From the NCBI GenBank assembly GCA_030704615.1, contig CM060733.1, forward strand, positions 53,816,001-53,880,000: a stretch of DNA of 64,000 bases. Direction: 5' to 3'. The notes beneath the pieces were generated by a model, which made no database searches, was not told where the DNA came from, and was given only the letters and a program-made list of their open reading frames with translations. This DNA is from Takakia lepidozioides. Its lineage: Eukaryota; Plantae; Bryophyta. Shown here piece by piece: positions 26,260 to 38,700 of the stretch. Made by a program: the position numbers and the translations under genes. The first letter of the stretch is position 1; each line of letters opens with the position of its first letter.

Positions 26260-29200
26260 TCACTTCACACTAGCTGCATCATCTCTTTGCGCCAACGGGA
26301 GCTCCACACTGACTAAAAAGTAACACTTACCTGTGTCACGAATGTATTGCACATCACCATTCATTAGCTTTACAAGTTTCCGACACATACTCAACCCCAG
26401 CCCTTCCTGCGTCATCCCCCTTCCCCGATCGAACATCTCATGGACAAGCTCCTCAGGAAGGCCTGATCCCGGATGAGTAACCCTGCGCCCAGGTTCCACA
26501 ATAGGGTTCCTCACTACTCATATAGGTTCACTAACCAGAAACCAAGAAAAATGAGAGGGATCAAATACTCCAGACATTCCGGTAGCGTGTACGGAGAGCA
26601 AGCCCACCTGAATTCTAAGTGCATGACATGAACACCGCCGCCTAGTTGTTTCCTCGTCGGCATGACCTTGATGCCGACCCAGCCCTCAGATGAAGGTGTG
26701 AAGCGCACTGCGTTCAACAAAAAATCTGCAAGCACTTGTTGTAATCGCACCTGATCTCCAAAAAGGGACATATTCTTGATTTCTCTAGGTGTCTCCCGGA
26801 TAAGTTGAAGGCCCTTCTCTCTTGATGTTATCATGCCTTGGCTGACAACAGCATCCATCACCGTACCCATCTCGAACTCTGATGTGTCAAGCTCCAGGTA
26901 CCTGTTCAACCAATGCAAACAACTCTTCTGAAACTGAGTACTCAATCTTCTTGTCTGCTAGAAGCCAAAGCTATATGATGTACTCAAAAAACTTTGTTTG
27001 CCGTAGCCTTGTGGCCATAGATCCCGCGCCCAGTTTGGATGGGAACATAGGGAATAGGCACTACCTTTGGGAGGAGCTCACTTGAGTAGTGTCACTTACC
27101 TTGATATAAACAACTCACCCCAAACAGTCACATAGCTGTTCCAACATGCTTTCTTTGAGCACCGCGACCTTAATTTAAAGGGTCCACTAAAAGGGCCAAA
27201 GCTACAAGAGTTAGAGATAGAGTGTCAGTGAGAGAGAGTGACATCCATACCCATCTTCGATACTCTCCAGGTCCATGTCATCTAGGATTTTCCGCAACTG
27301 CCGTTCACACACGGCACTTGTCTCCATAAACTGTTTCTGATCCTCTGAGAGATCTGTATCCTCCATCAGATTACGTGTAAACATGATTCCGAATAGGGGG
27401 TTCTTAATCTCCTGCCGAATGTAGGCCAGCTCCTTTAACTTGGCAAAGGCAACCTTCTCAGTGGCCCTTTGTACTGTGAGTGCCTGCAATAGGTTGCCAG
27501 ATCCCATCAGCATGGGAGGGGAGCTGGGGTGTGCAGAAAGACACACACAGACAACACAAATTAAAATCTATAACATCTGTGCAAAAGCAAACAAAGTCTT
27601 ATGAGCACAGTCTCTCGTGTGAATGGTTTTTTAGAGGAAATTAGGAAAACCCGAACTAGTTGTTTACATCAAGGTAAGTCCCACTACAGTAGTGTCTGGT
27701 CCCTCTTGTTCCACCTGAACTGGCGCGGGGTCTATGGCCACAAGGCTACAGCAAACATCTTTTGAGTACATTCTCTCTCAAGTGCATCTTGGGCTTCTTC
27801 TACATTTTATAACTTTTCTCCCTCTCTCTCTGGTTCTTGTTCCTTAGGCCCCCTTGTGGCCATAGACCCCATTCCCAGTTTGGATGGAAACATAGGGAAC
27901 AGGCACTACCTTTGTGAGGGGCTCACTCCAGTAGTGTCACTTACCTTGATGTAAAGATTGATATAACGATTCACACAAGAGGGCGGAGCAAAAGGGAACA
28001 GATACTACCTTTGTGAGGAGCTCACTCCACTAGTGTGACTTACCTTCATAGAGACAATTAGGAGGGGAGAGAAAGACCTGTAGCAACTCGACACTTGCGA
28101 TGTGCAAGAAACAAAATACACCAGTGATGACTCCTTCAGCATCAGTCCTCTTGTTGGCTGTGAGGAGAGCTTCGACATATTTTCCATGCCGATCAAAAAA
28201 AGTGAAAGGAAACTTCTCTGAGTCTTGACCATCCATGGCACTGTTGAGTACAATCATGAACTTGGTCATGGCGTCCTGACCCTTCAGGCGGCAGCACATC
28301 AATTGCATGCCAAAGATTTCGCCCACCAGCATTTTGCCAAGCACCTGGTTCAACCCCAGTGAATATTACTTGGATTTCAATCTATGACTGCATTGAGCAT
28401 ATTGAATACAGGGAACGGACTGATACAAACGAACACACACAGTTCAGAGAAATGAGATTACCTCCTCCCTCGTCCATCCAGAGAGTTTCTCCATAGCCGG
28501 ATTCCACTCGGAGCAATATCCGAATTCATCGGACCCAAATATAGGGGGTATCAAAGGGTTGGGATTTTGCACTATGGTCTGGTAGTCACCCTGGATGCGC
28601 GTAAACTTGTCCATGACCACTTTCTGCCCAGTCACATCTTGGCCCACGAAGCAGACACCAACAACATTTTCTGTTACATCCCGACTTGAGCATGCATTCA
28701 CTACCAAAATCACTGCCCCCTTGTCTTTCTGGAATCCGTAAGTCTTGAGCTTGATCTCCACATTTTGCTCTTCCTCACCTGCCACAGATCCCCCCTTAGA
28801 AATAGAAAAAACACGATGCAATTTATGCACATTTGATAGTACTAACCCTCCAACGTATTGTAATTGAGGTTACCTTGCAAGGCAAGATGAAGCAGTCGCT
28901 CAACGGCTTCAATGGATTCCTCTAAAACCAGGTCCTTCACCAGCGACCGGCCCATGGCCTCTCCAACTGGCAACCCTGTCAATTCTGCTACTTTGGCATT
29001 CCAGCCATTGATGAACCCACTTGAATCAATTGCCAGGATTGGTGCTGTTGCTGTCTCTATCAACCGAACCATCTCATTTGCCACAGTACTGAGCTCATCC
29101 ATGCCTTGCAGTTTCAAATCATTGAGTCGTGCATGTATCATAGTCTTGGTATCACTGTCATCTATGTCTTGGAAGGAACCCCTTAAAATGAGCTGAAGTG

Positions 29201-30920
29201 AATGAATAGCATCCATCTCTATATCCTCCCACGGCACACTTCGTCGCTTTACCACCTCCAAAAAGGCTTTGAAAGACGAGCGAGGATGCATTTTCCGTCC
29301 ATCATCCCTGTCATCAGGGTCATGCTTTGCCCCGCCCCACTTCATTTCTTTGGCAGTATGAGACCTGAACCAAAACAGAAAGTCCTTGGGTGTGATCTTG
29401 GCAGCTGCCATTCCACAGACAGCATCCCCAAGCAATGATGCCCCAGGGTAACCAGCATCCGCCAGGCTATCAGTACTCAAACCTGTCGAATCCTTGTGAT
29501 ACTCCAATAACCAATCAGCAATCTCCTTAATCTGTGATTCTGTAGGTATTGTCCCAAGGAGCCAAAACCGTTTACCGTAATACAGAGCAGCCCCATCACA
29601 CTTCACAAGGTCCATGATATTGGGTGATTGCGAGACAATGCCAATGGGGGCGTCCCGGAGAAGCATATCACATAGAAGGGTTTGTGTCCTCAAAATGTGT
29701 TTCTCTCTCATTTGTGCGCTCAGCTCAACTTCCATGTTGAGCTGGAGGCCAAACACCTGCATTAGGAACTCACATGCCGAGCGGAGAGGGAAGGCAACAG
29801 TCCGGGGACTCGTATGGTGGCAGACCACTAATCCCCACAGCTTCCGGCCCTTCTGTTGGTACCCCCGGCCAGAATAGTCTTCATCAGTGTCATTGATTAT
29901 CACCGCCATGACCAGCGACGCGATAGAACCCATGTTACCCATGTACTGGGCATGGCAGCCATGGGGCGCACGCAGGGTCGACCCCGCAAGACTCACAGGC
30001 TGCCGCAAATCCTTATCTTGTATCACTTTCACTGGCGGCGCACAGCAGTCGCCTATCAAGCGCACCCTGTTCTTCATAAAGAGGAAACGTGACGCTTGGG
30101 GGATGTCGGTCGCTGGATAGTGCAGTCCTAGATAAGGCTCTAAATCCGACCGGCGTATTTCAGCCACCACTTCCCCGTGTTCATCCTCATGAAACTTGTA
30201 CGCCATAACTCGATCATAGCCAGTGAGCTCCCGAACCTCTTCAACCACAGTGTCACAGAGAAGACCAATGTCTCCCCCAGGAAGCGATTGAAGTCGAGAA
30301 ATGGCTTTGGCAGCAAGCTTATGGGATTGTAATGCGCCAGCAGCTGAGACCGTCACATCGTTCGGCTTCACCGGCTCAAAATCCATCACCAATCCAATAT
30401 CAATTCGGTGAACTACGGCGTAGAAGGGCTTCCCTGTCCTCCTGCAATGGACGGAGATAGGGTTTAGCATGCTCACATCAACTACACCTGCTGCCTTCTC
30501 CAAGGCAGCAGCACTTGAGGGCGTAAAGAGCGTGCGCGCATCTGTCCCAATGCCCAGGACATCCTGCTGTCCAACACTTGGAACGTACTGCGGCATCAAG
30601 TCCAGCATCTCGGGTGCATTCTCACTGAAGGCAGCAACCCTAAAAGTCCCATCTTCCACAGCCAGCATGCAACCGAAGGTCTGAATCAGCCCGCCTCGTT
30701 GCATGCGCTGCAAGTAGGCAGTGACAGCCTGAGCAGGAACACTCTCACCGGTCGACTTGCTAGCATTGACGGACTTGGTGTAGTCGAAGGAGTCCCCCGA
30801 CTCCCCCGACTCCTCGTACACAGCTTGGAGCCTTGCATCTGCAGTGGTCTGTGTCGCCCGCACACTGTGCTTGGACTTGGCCGAACTCCCCGAGGAATAG
30901 GTCACCTTCGTAGTCGACAT
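26260..30920 (-). CDS. PHY: Canonical plant phytochrome (PAS-GAF-PHY-PAS-PAS-HKRD), 6 coding exons, 1126 aa
   Basis: Exons 30920-28874, 28778-28462, 28344-28078, 27483-27251, 26901-26608, 26482-26260 total 3381 nt in frame, with GT-AG introns of 95, 117, 594, 349 and 125 nt. Chromophore Cys in [24 protein letters not shown] tongue, [23 protein letters not shown]-terminus [21 protein letters not shown] is typical of bryophyte/lycophyte PHY. Confidence 0.98.
26978..28049. repeat. Four copies of a 60-140 bp dispersed repeat in PHY introns 3 and 4, one of them inverted
   Basis: Same-orientation copies 26978-27115, 27852-27955, 27993-28049; inverted copy 27658-27771. Shared core includes GCCTTGTGGCCATAGA and GTAGTGTCACTTACCTTGAT. 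Confidence 0.9.
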
Positions 30921-31539
30921 TTTGCATACTCACTCAACTTTTTAAACAAGTGCACACACAATATTCGCGCACCAGCTCGTCAATTGTGCCCACATTTACA
31001 TCGCTTGTCCCAACTCATTCTGCTATGCAAGCAAGATCTGGTTAGACAAGCAGACTAGCCCCACAACTAACGCACGCTGCTTTCTCTCTACAGTCTCAAT
31101 TCTCACATACACACCATCTACTCGCTATCTTGTACCCTTCTCTCTCTCTCTGCCTCTGTCCTAATCTCTCCCTCTCTGCCTCTCTCTCAATGCGCTCACC
31201 CCCGCCCATTATCCCCCTGCCTACACTTTCTCTCGATCTTCGCGCCACACCACTCGTATGCCAGCAGCGAATGTTCGTCCCCCTCTCGATTAAAGAGACG
31301 ATAAAGCAAGTCGTCCAGGATGCGTAGGACACAATCACCAATACTCACATGGAATACGTGCGATGCTAGCGAGCATTGTTGCGAAACTGTGCAAGCCAGA
31401 ATGGAGGGCTGGCGCAAGACTCGAGCGCGACGCTCATCAGCTCAGCTCACAAGGAGGTCAGCGTTCCAACTACCTACCGCCCGGCACCAGCCTGTGAGGG
31501 GATAACTTTGTGCCGGGGCTGCCCGCCCTCCCCCCTGCC

Positions 31540-31665
31540 CGCTGCGCCACGTCCTCCAAGCCACGCTGGCGCACCAGCCACCGCCGTTCTGCCCGCCCAT
31601 CCGTGCCACGTGGGCGCAGGTGCCCCCTGCGGGGCCCACCCAAGGCCCCCCTTGCCACGGTGGGT
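31540..31665 (-). promoter_or_regulatory. Putative PHY promoter: GC-rich patch with a G-box and G-box-like sites
   Basis: GCCACGTGG (CACGTG at 31607-31612), GCCACGTC near 31546, GCCACG variants at 31560 and 31654; GA-rich leader at 31140-31190. TSS not determined. Confidence 0.45.
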
Positions 31666-32132
31666 ATTTGGCCTTAACCTGGGTGATCCTGGGTTCAATC
31701 CTTCAACATCTGCCTTCAACCATCCATTGGCCCCTTGATGGGCTGTGTGTTGAGCAGTGGGCTCTGTAAATTCACTGGACATTAAACAAACTTTACTTCA
31801 CTTTACTCTCAAAGTGTACGGTTTAAAACAGGTTGAACCATACACTTTTGGAGAGTCTATGGCAAATTGTAGAAAAATACACTACACATATATCTTGGCA
31901 ATACCATATGTAAATGTGTTTCCTTTTTTCTTTTTTTGGTTTTGTAGTAGGTGTTCACGATCATGGTTGGGTTTAAGAATATGGTGCCATACATTACGAG
32001 TAAATCATTTGAAAATATAATAAAACATGACACATAAATATTAATATGGTGGATGGATTGCACTATATTTTTTCATTTTAAAGTAGCATTATTAGAATTG
32101 AGCGACAGTCCCTAAGCTTACTTCTTGTTATG

Positions 32133-32390
32133 ATGAACTTGATATATGTGAGTGATAATACGATGAATAACATGAACTTGATATATGTGAGTGATAATAC
32201 GATGAATAACATGAACTTGATATATGTGAGTGATAATACGATGAATAACATGAACTTGATATATGTGAGTGATAATACGATGAATAACATGAACTTGATA
32301 TATGTGAGTGATAATACGATGAATAACATGAACTTGATATATGTGAGTGATAATACGATGAATAACATGAACTTGATATACATGAGTAAT
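32133..32390. repeat. Perfect 39-bp minisatellite, 6 full copies plus a partial
   Basis: ATGAACTTGATATATGTGAGTGATAATACGATGAATAAC at 32133, 32172, 32211, 32250, 32289, 32328; partial at 32367. Confidence 0.97.
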
Positions 32391-32799
32391 ATTATTATAT
32401 CTTGTTCATTTATTGTTGAACGGTTTCGTTTTGTTTGTTTTCAAATGACTTTTAACCTAGATAAAGAGATTTTAGATTGTGAATGTCATTTAAATAAGTA
32501 GGCATTCATATCTCATCTAATATATTAACAAAAATATATGACATATTTTAGTACATTATAATATATATATATATAATTAAACAAAAAGTGGATTTAGGTG
32601 TGTCATCATTTAAGTGGGCCCTTAACATTACATTGGATGTTGATGTTCATATATATTAACAAAAGTGTATAGCACATGCTCATGTATTGACCATATGCAT
32701 ATACAAAACGTTGTAAAATTGGGTTTATGAGTGTTATTTAAGTGGGTTAGTATTACATTACATATTAACAAAATATACTTCAGTAAGTTGTCTGCCTCT

Positions 32800-35700
32800 C
32801 TTTGCTCTTCATCTCATGTTTTAAGCTCTTGCATTCTGCTGATCACAGTTTGGACTGCGTTATTCTAGCTCAATTCTTTTCCCTCTTCACACTTCCCTCT
32901 CCGTTATACCCCATGGGTCCTAACAGTATGTACCAGCGCTCCAAATCTTCATCTTGGCCACGTCGCCACCAAGGCCCGCCAGGAGCAAACCCAGCTAGTG
33001 GGGCCAGCCCTCCTCCTCCAGTCACGGCTTCTTCATGGCCCACCAAGCGAGATCCGCTGGCAGTCGGCAAATCTACAGACCGAAATAGCACCCCCTCCAT
33101 CGGCCCAAAACTCCCCTGGCCTTCCGGAGGAGGAAGGGTCCCCTTCAATTCTTGAGCAATACGTCACCCCGCCAGCGCCAGAGGACGAGCAATTCTCCCA
33201 CGACCCCCTCGAGGTGCAGGAATCAATGCGCAAAGACTTCCCCCTCATCGATATGGATATTTAGGATCTCCACAACCGAATCCCAGGTATGGAAGAGTCT
33301 GGACTTTTGCTGCATTTTCCAGAGAGGTGACCCGATCTTACGCAAGGGACTGGGCTATAAGATACTTCAGTGGCTCGGGAGAGCTTTCACACCACTTCTA
33401 TATTGCCAAGGGTCGTGGCTTTTTCTCGATTATGTTCGAATCAGCTGCAACTGCAGCTAAGGCTCTCCAATTCAACCCGCATCAAAAAGGTTTTAATGTA
33501 AACATCTTCCCATGGTCGTCCAAACTGGGTAACAAGAATGACAAGTTATGGGGGGCCTAGGATTGTATCACTACCTTTCATTCTAGATCAATACACTGCA
33601 AATCTCCCGGACATAGCAGGGACATAGCCAATCATTTTGGCTCCTACCTGGGTTGCCTAGGTGTTTTTGACCCCCTCATGAGCAACGAGGCCCTGAGGAA
33701 AATCCCATCTTGGAAATCTGCCACAATTGCCACCAAAATGAATGACAACGGATGCCCCAAAATGGTGCTGATGATGCCATATGAGGCATTACTGCCAGAT
33801 TATGTGTCCGCCAATTGACTTAGACGGGAATTACTTCACAATTTGAATGATTGAAGATGCTTCTTATTCAGCTTGTTTTGGCTATGGGAAACATGGACAC
33901 ATCAAGAAAAACTGCCCTTTCAGCAAGAGGAAATGATCTCCAACTATTCTAAACAATGTTCATGCCTCCCACCTCTGCTCAATTCAAACCAATCTCTCTT
34001 TCTTCTATCCCACCTCCGCCCCCACCTGCTCCCCCTATCCCCCCCTTTCCCTCGCTCTCGCTGATGTCTCCAACTCAGTCTCTATCCCCTGACCTTCTAC
34101 CCCCTGTGCACATTGCAAAAAGGCAAAAAGACCCATTGGACCCGATGCATCTTGAGGCCAGCCAGTCGTTGCATGCCCCTTGTAGAGTCCAGTCATGCCC
34201 ACCCTCTGTCAATGTGCAAACAGCCTTCAATGTCAATCCTGGCCCTTCTGATCCAGGCACCACCGTTGCTGATCCCTCGATGAAGCTCTCGGGCCTCAGC
34301 AATCGCAGGCAACCCAGTGATAGCCATCGTGCTTAAGTCAATAAAATCCTTTCCTGACTTGGTGTTGCCAGGCTGCCCATCTCTATCTATTAACGAGGTC
34401 CCTAAAGCCTCTTGTGTCACTCCCATTGTTTTCAAGATTGGCCCCCCTGCCTCAATTCTCATTACATCTGAGGATAGGCATGACCTGGAATCTCTATGGA
34501 TAACCAATCAGGATTATATACTAAGCTTCATTGAAAAGTCCCCTCCCAACAGCATCCCACAGTGTATGCTCATGGCCAAAATCCAAGAGTTCTTTTCCAC
34601 CCACTTGCCATGCTATCTTATTGCCCCCTCGACTGTCGTCACCTGGGGTGCTATGTGGAAGAACATCCATATTTAATCTGCAAGCCAAACACTCAGGTGT
34701 TGGCTCTAATGGAGGATGCGGACATCTACCACACCCACCCGGGAAAGTCATGGTGGATCGGGGAAGGCTGTTTGCCATGGGGCAAGCAACCAGCTCAGAT
34801 CAGGGCTAAGGATGTGCTCTCTAACGCCTTCACCCTGCAATCAAAATTGCTTGACCAACGCATGGATGATATCAACCATCAAGACGAGCTACAAAGAACA
34901 AGAGATCATCTCAGAGGAATTCGGCCTCTACCAGCTGCATCTTCTTCCTCCAATGGCTCTACTGGATTGCAGCCCATGGCTGGTGAAGATGACGACCAGT
35001 CTCTAATGGTGCTGCAGGGGCCAAACAAATACCAAATTGACCCAGCCAGCAGACATCTCACGGAGTGCAGCTACTCTTCTCCCCTCCATCCATGAGGTGC
35101 AGGCTGCGATCAGTTCTTTTTCAATCCCAACGTCTACCCCAACCCCGCCTCCAGTTGCCACACAAGAAGCAGCCTCTCCAATCTCTAAGGTACTGCCCCA
35201 GACCCTTCCTTGCTTTCTGTTCCAGGCTGATTCCAAAGATAGGAAGAGATGTTGGGTTCTTTGCATCCGTCCGGCTGCCAATGTTAGGGAATCAGCCAGG
35301 AAAACTCTTCCAGCCATCAATCTGCCTGCCGGTACATCACCATCTGACCTCACTCTCCTATCTGAACGGAATGAAACTCTCATTCATAGCTCCCAAAATG
35401 CTTCCTTCTTCCATAAAGTTCCCCCAAAACCCACCATTCTCTACACCCACCCTCATAAAAAATCAAATCCTCTATGCTTCCAACCCTAGCCCTTCCTCTC
35501 TTATCATGATTCAGATCTCCGGAAGGCCCCCTTCCCCTCCAAGTCCATACTATTGGGTAAACAGTCTTCTCCCTTGTGATAAAAGAGTCAAATTCAACTG
35601 CATCAGCCCATGGCCATCAAATGAGATTGACCATCTCCGCCTTGCCTTTCATCGGAATGTTGATTGACATACTCTCTTGGAACATCAGAAGGCTTGGAGC

Positions 35701-38700
35701 AGATAGTTCTTCCTCCAAGCATGCTAGTGTTAAGAACGTTCTGGCCCCCTACCTACGCAGGGATGCAATCATTTTCCTGCAAGAGCACAAGCTTGACTTG
35801 CGCAAAATCGCTTCTCTCTCTGACAATCTTTGGCCCCGTGCCAATTCCCTTTGGAAACCAACTTCCACTGGTTCCAGAGGAGGCACATCTATCCTAATCT
35901 CCCCATCTCTCATTCAATCTTTTGCCTCTGAAAGTGCTTGGGTTCCAGGCAGGGTGCAATTCTGCGCCATTGACCTTCCTCACAAAGGGGGCAGGCTCGG
36001 TATGGTTGACATTTATGCCCCAAACTCAGCGCCTGAGAGGGCACATATCTGGGAATCCATAGGAGCTAACATGGATGCGGAGCTAGAAGTGGATTTCTGG
36101 ATCCTGGCAGGAGACTTCAATATGGTTGAGTCTCCTGAGGACAGGCGGGGCCTTGGCCATTTAGCCCTGATGCAGCAAAGACTCAGCATTGGCACACCCT
36201 CACCCTCAACCACAACCTGGTGGAAATAGTAACAACTAACCCAGGACAGTACCCCCTCCCTGGCCCTGTCTTTACATGGTCAAATAATAGAGACCTGGCG
36301 AACCTCCAAATGGCTAGGCTAGACAGATTTTACGCCTCCATGGACTGCATCCAATGGACCCAAAGACTGCCCCAACACCCCATCCACCCGGGCCTCAAGC
36401 TGTCAGCTAGCATAAATTGGTCATCTAAGGGGGAAAAAATGTCTAAATATTTCTTTGCAAAAACAAGGCTCAGAAAGGCAGCGCAAGCTATATCTGAACT
36501 CACTGATCGTTCCTCTAGTGCATCTCTCTCAGACCCAAAAAAGATGGCGAGCTTTGCTGCCACCCACTTTCAAGCCTTTTTCCATAGTGATGTACCCGCA
36601 ACATCCACCTCTCATAATGCTTGCCTCGCCCACACTCCTATGTTGATAACCCCTTCTGTGGCTGATACCTTGGAAGGGCTGCTCTCGGAAGATGAACTTA
36701 CAGAGGCCCTGTCCAAGCTGAAGGATGGGAAATGTCCAGGCATGGATGGTATCCCTACGGAATTTTATAGAAATCTGTGGCCTGATATCGCGCAAGACTT
36801 TCTAGCTATGTCCAATCACGTTTTCTTCTCAAACCACATGCCTGCAGCCATGTCTCAAGGGGTCATTTCCCTACTTCTCAAAAAGGGGGACATGACTAGT
36901 TTGGCCAACTACAGGCCCATTACTCTCCTGAACGTTGCATACAATATCATAGCTAAAGGGCTGGCTCTCTGCCTTCAACCTCTTCTTCCTTCAATTATCA
37001 GACCCAGCCATCAAGCTTTATTAAAGGGAGATACATTATGGATAATCTACTTCTAGCGCAGGAGATTCCCCATTACGCCCTAAGAACCCAGCAAGCTATC
37101 GCCCTCATTCTACTGGACTTTGAAAAGACGTTTGACAGGGTTGAATGGCCTTTCATGCTGGGTACCCTGGAGAAAATTGGTCTGCCCCCCTCCTTCTGCC
37201 AGTGGATTCGAATTCTGCTTTATGGCTCAACCAGCAGAGTAATCATCAATGGCTCGGTGTCAAAACCATTCGACCTCCGGCGTTCAGTCCGTCAAGAATG
37301 CCTGCTAGCTCCTTTCCTTTTCATCTTTGCGGCGGAATATATGCTGCAAGCAAACCAACAGATCAGTGGTCTTCAAATCAACAACTACATAACACACCAG
37401 CCAACCCAGATTAGGGAATCCATGTACGTAGATGACACTTTCCTCATGCTTCAAGCAAGCCCAGCCAATCTGGACAATACTACAGCCACTTTGTCTACCT
37501 TCTGTGGGGCCTCTGGAATTAAGGTGAATTGGGACAAGACCAACGCCATCCTCGTTGGAGATATCTCTAAATCCCAACTAGCTGGGCATAGTCCCTCTTG
37601 GGGTGACAACATTGGTCATTCTTGGCCAAAACCAGGGCAGACAACAACGCTGTTGGGATATACCTTTGGAGTGGACATCTTTGATGAACAACGATTTGCC
37701 CCTATCCTCTCCAAAATCAAGGGAAACCTCACTTTCTGGGGCTCCTAGTTCCTCTCGATAAGAGGTCGGGCTCTTGTCGCCAGTCAGATTGTCTCGGCTG
37801 GATTGTGGTTCTACGTAGCATCTTGGAGGCCATCAAAAAGACAAATCCGCGAGTACAAAGCTCTGCTGCGAAACTTTATACGGGGTGCTAGCAAAGCAGG
37901 CCACAAAGTTAGACCACAAGTCTCCTGGAGACAAATATGCCAGCCAAAGAAACTAGGGGGGCTAGGGGTTCTTGACCCTGAGACCCAGATCACAGCCCTC
38001 CTTGGTAAATGGCTGCCTAGATTCTTGGGCCCGGAGGGGGGCTGGTGGAAATTTCTGGTTGTGGAAAACATCATGTTGTCCAGCCCTCTCAAGACCTCCA
38101 AATGGCAACCCTCCATTCGCTAGATCACACAAGGATTCAAGCATAAGATGGTCGGTTCACCCCTATGGTCTATAATCTGGAAAGCTTGGCCTTCACTAAG
38201 ACCATTTCTTCGCAAGAAAGAGCCAGACTCATTTGAGGAAACTCTCCGCCGGCACCTGTTTCTAAACACCAACGTCCCCACACCAATACAAAGGTCTCTG
38301 GCAAAGAGATGGTCAGCTTGGGACACAAGGGATATAAGCCAGCCCAAGCATCTCTTGTCACCATCAGGCTTCGTGCAGCTCCACACCATCACCCCCGTGC
38401 TGGGGTCTATTAGAGCCACAACAGGTCTGCAAATGGTCATCAATTCCATACCTCAAAACTGGATCTCAACGTCACAGGCAGGGCCACTCACCCCCTCCAT
38501 TAACTTCTGGACATTGGGTATTATAAACGGCAACCCCACTATCCTGCTGGTGCTTCATGTCACAGACTCTCACTTCTCAGGCTTCGCTTTCCACATTAAC
38601 CCTGATACACTGACCTTAATCCTTGCCTCTCAATCCCAATCCCTCTTTCCCTGATTCGTTCACACCCCAGTTAGGATCTGCAACTGGTCCTCCAAGTTCA

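Noticed and set aside
26260-30920. Chimeric photoreceptor (neochrome or kinase-fused PHY)
   Set aside because: All downstream exons encode the standard PAS-PAS-HKRD module; no LOV or Ser/Thr kinase sequence.
28912-31058. Plus-strand ORFs overlapping PHY exon 1
   Set aside because: Antisense shadows of a conserved coding exon; no independent motifs.
31660-31705. tRNA gene (GGTTCAATCC B-box)
   Set aside because: No A-box or cloverleaf; at most a SINE relic.
32078-32501. Repeat-protein ORFs on both strands (MNLIYVSDNTMNN / YIKFMLFIVLSLT)
   Set aside because: By-product of a stop-free 39-bp minisatellite.
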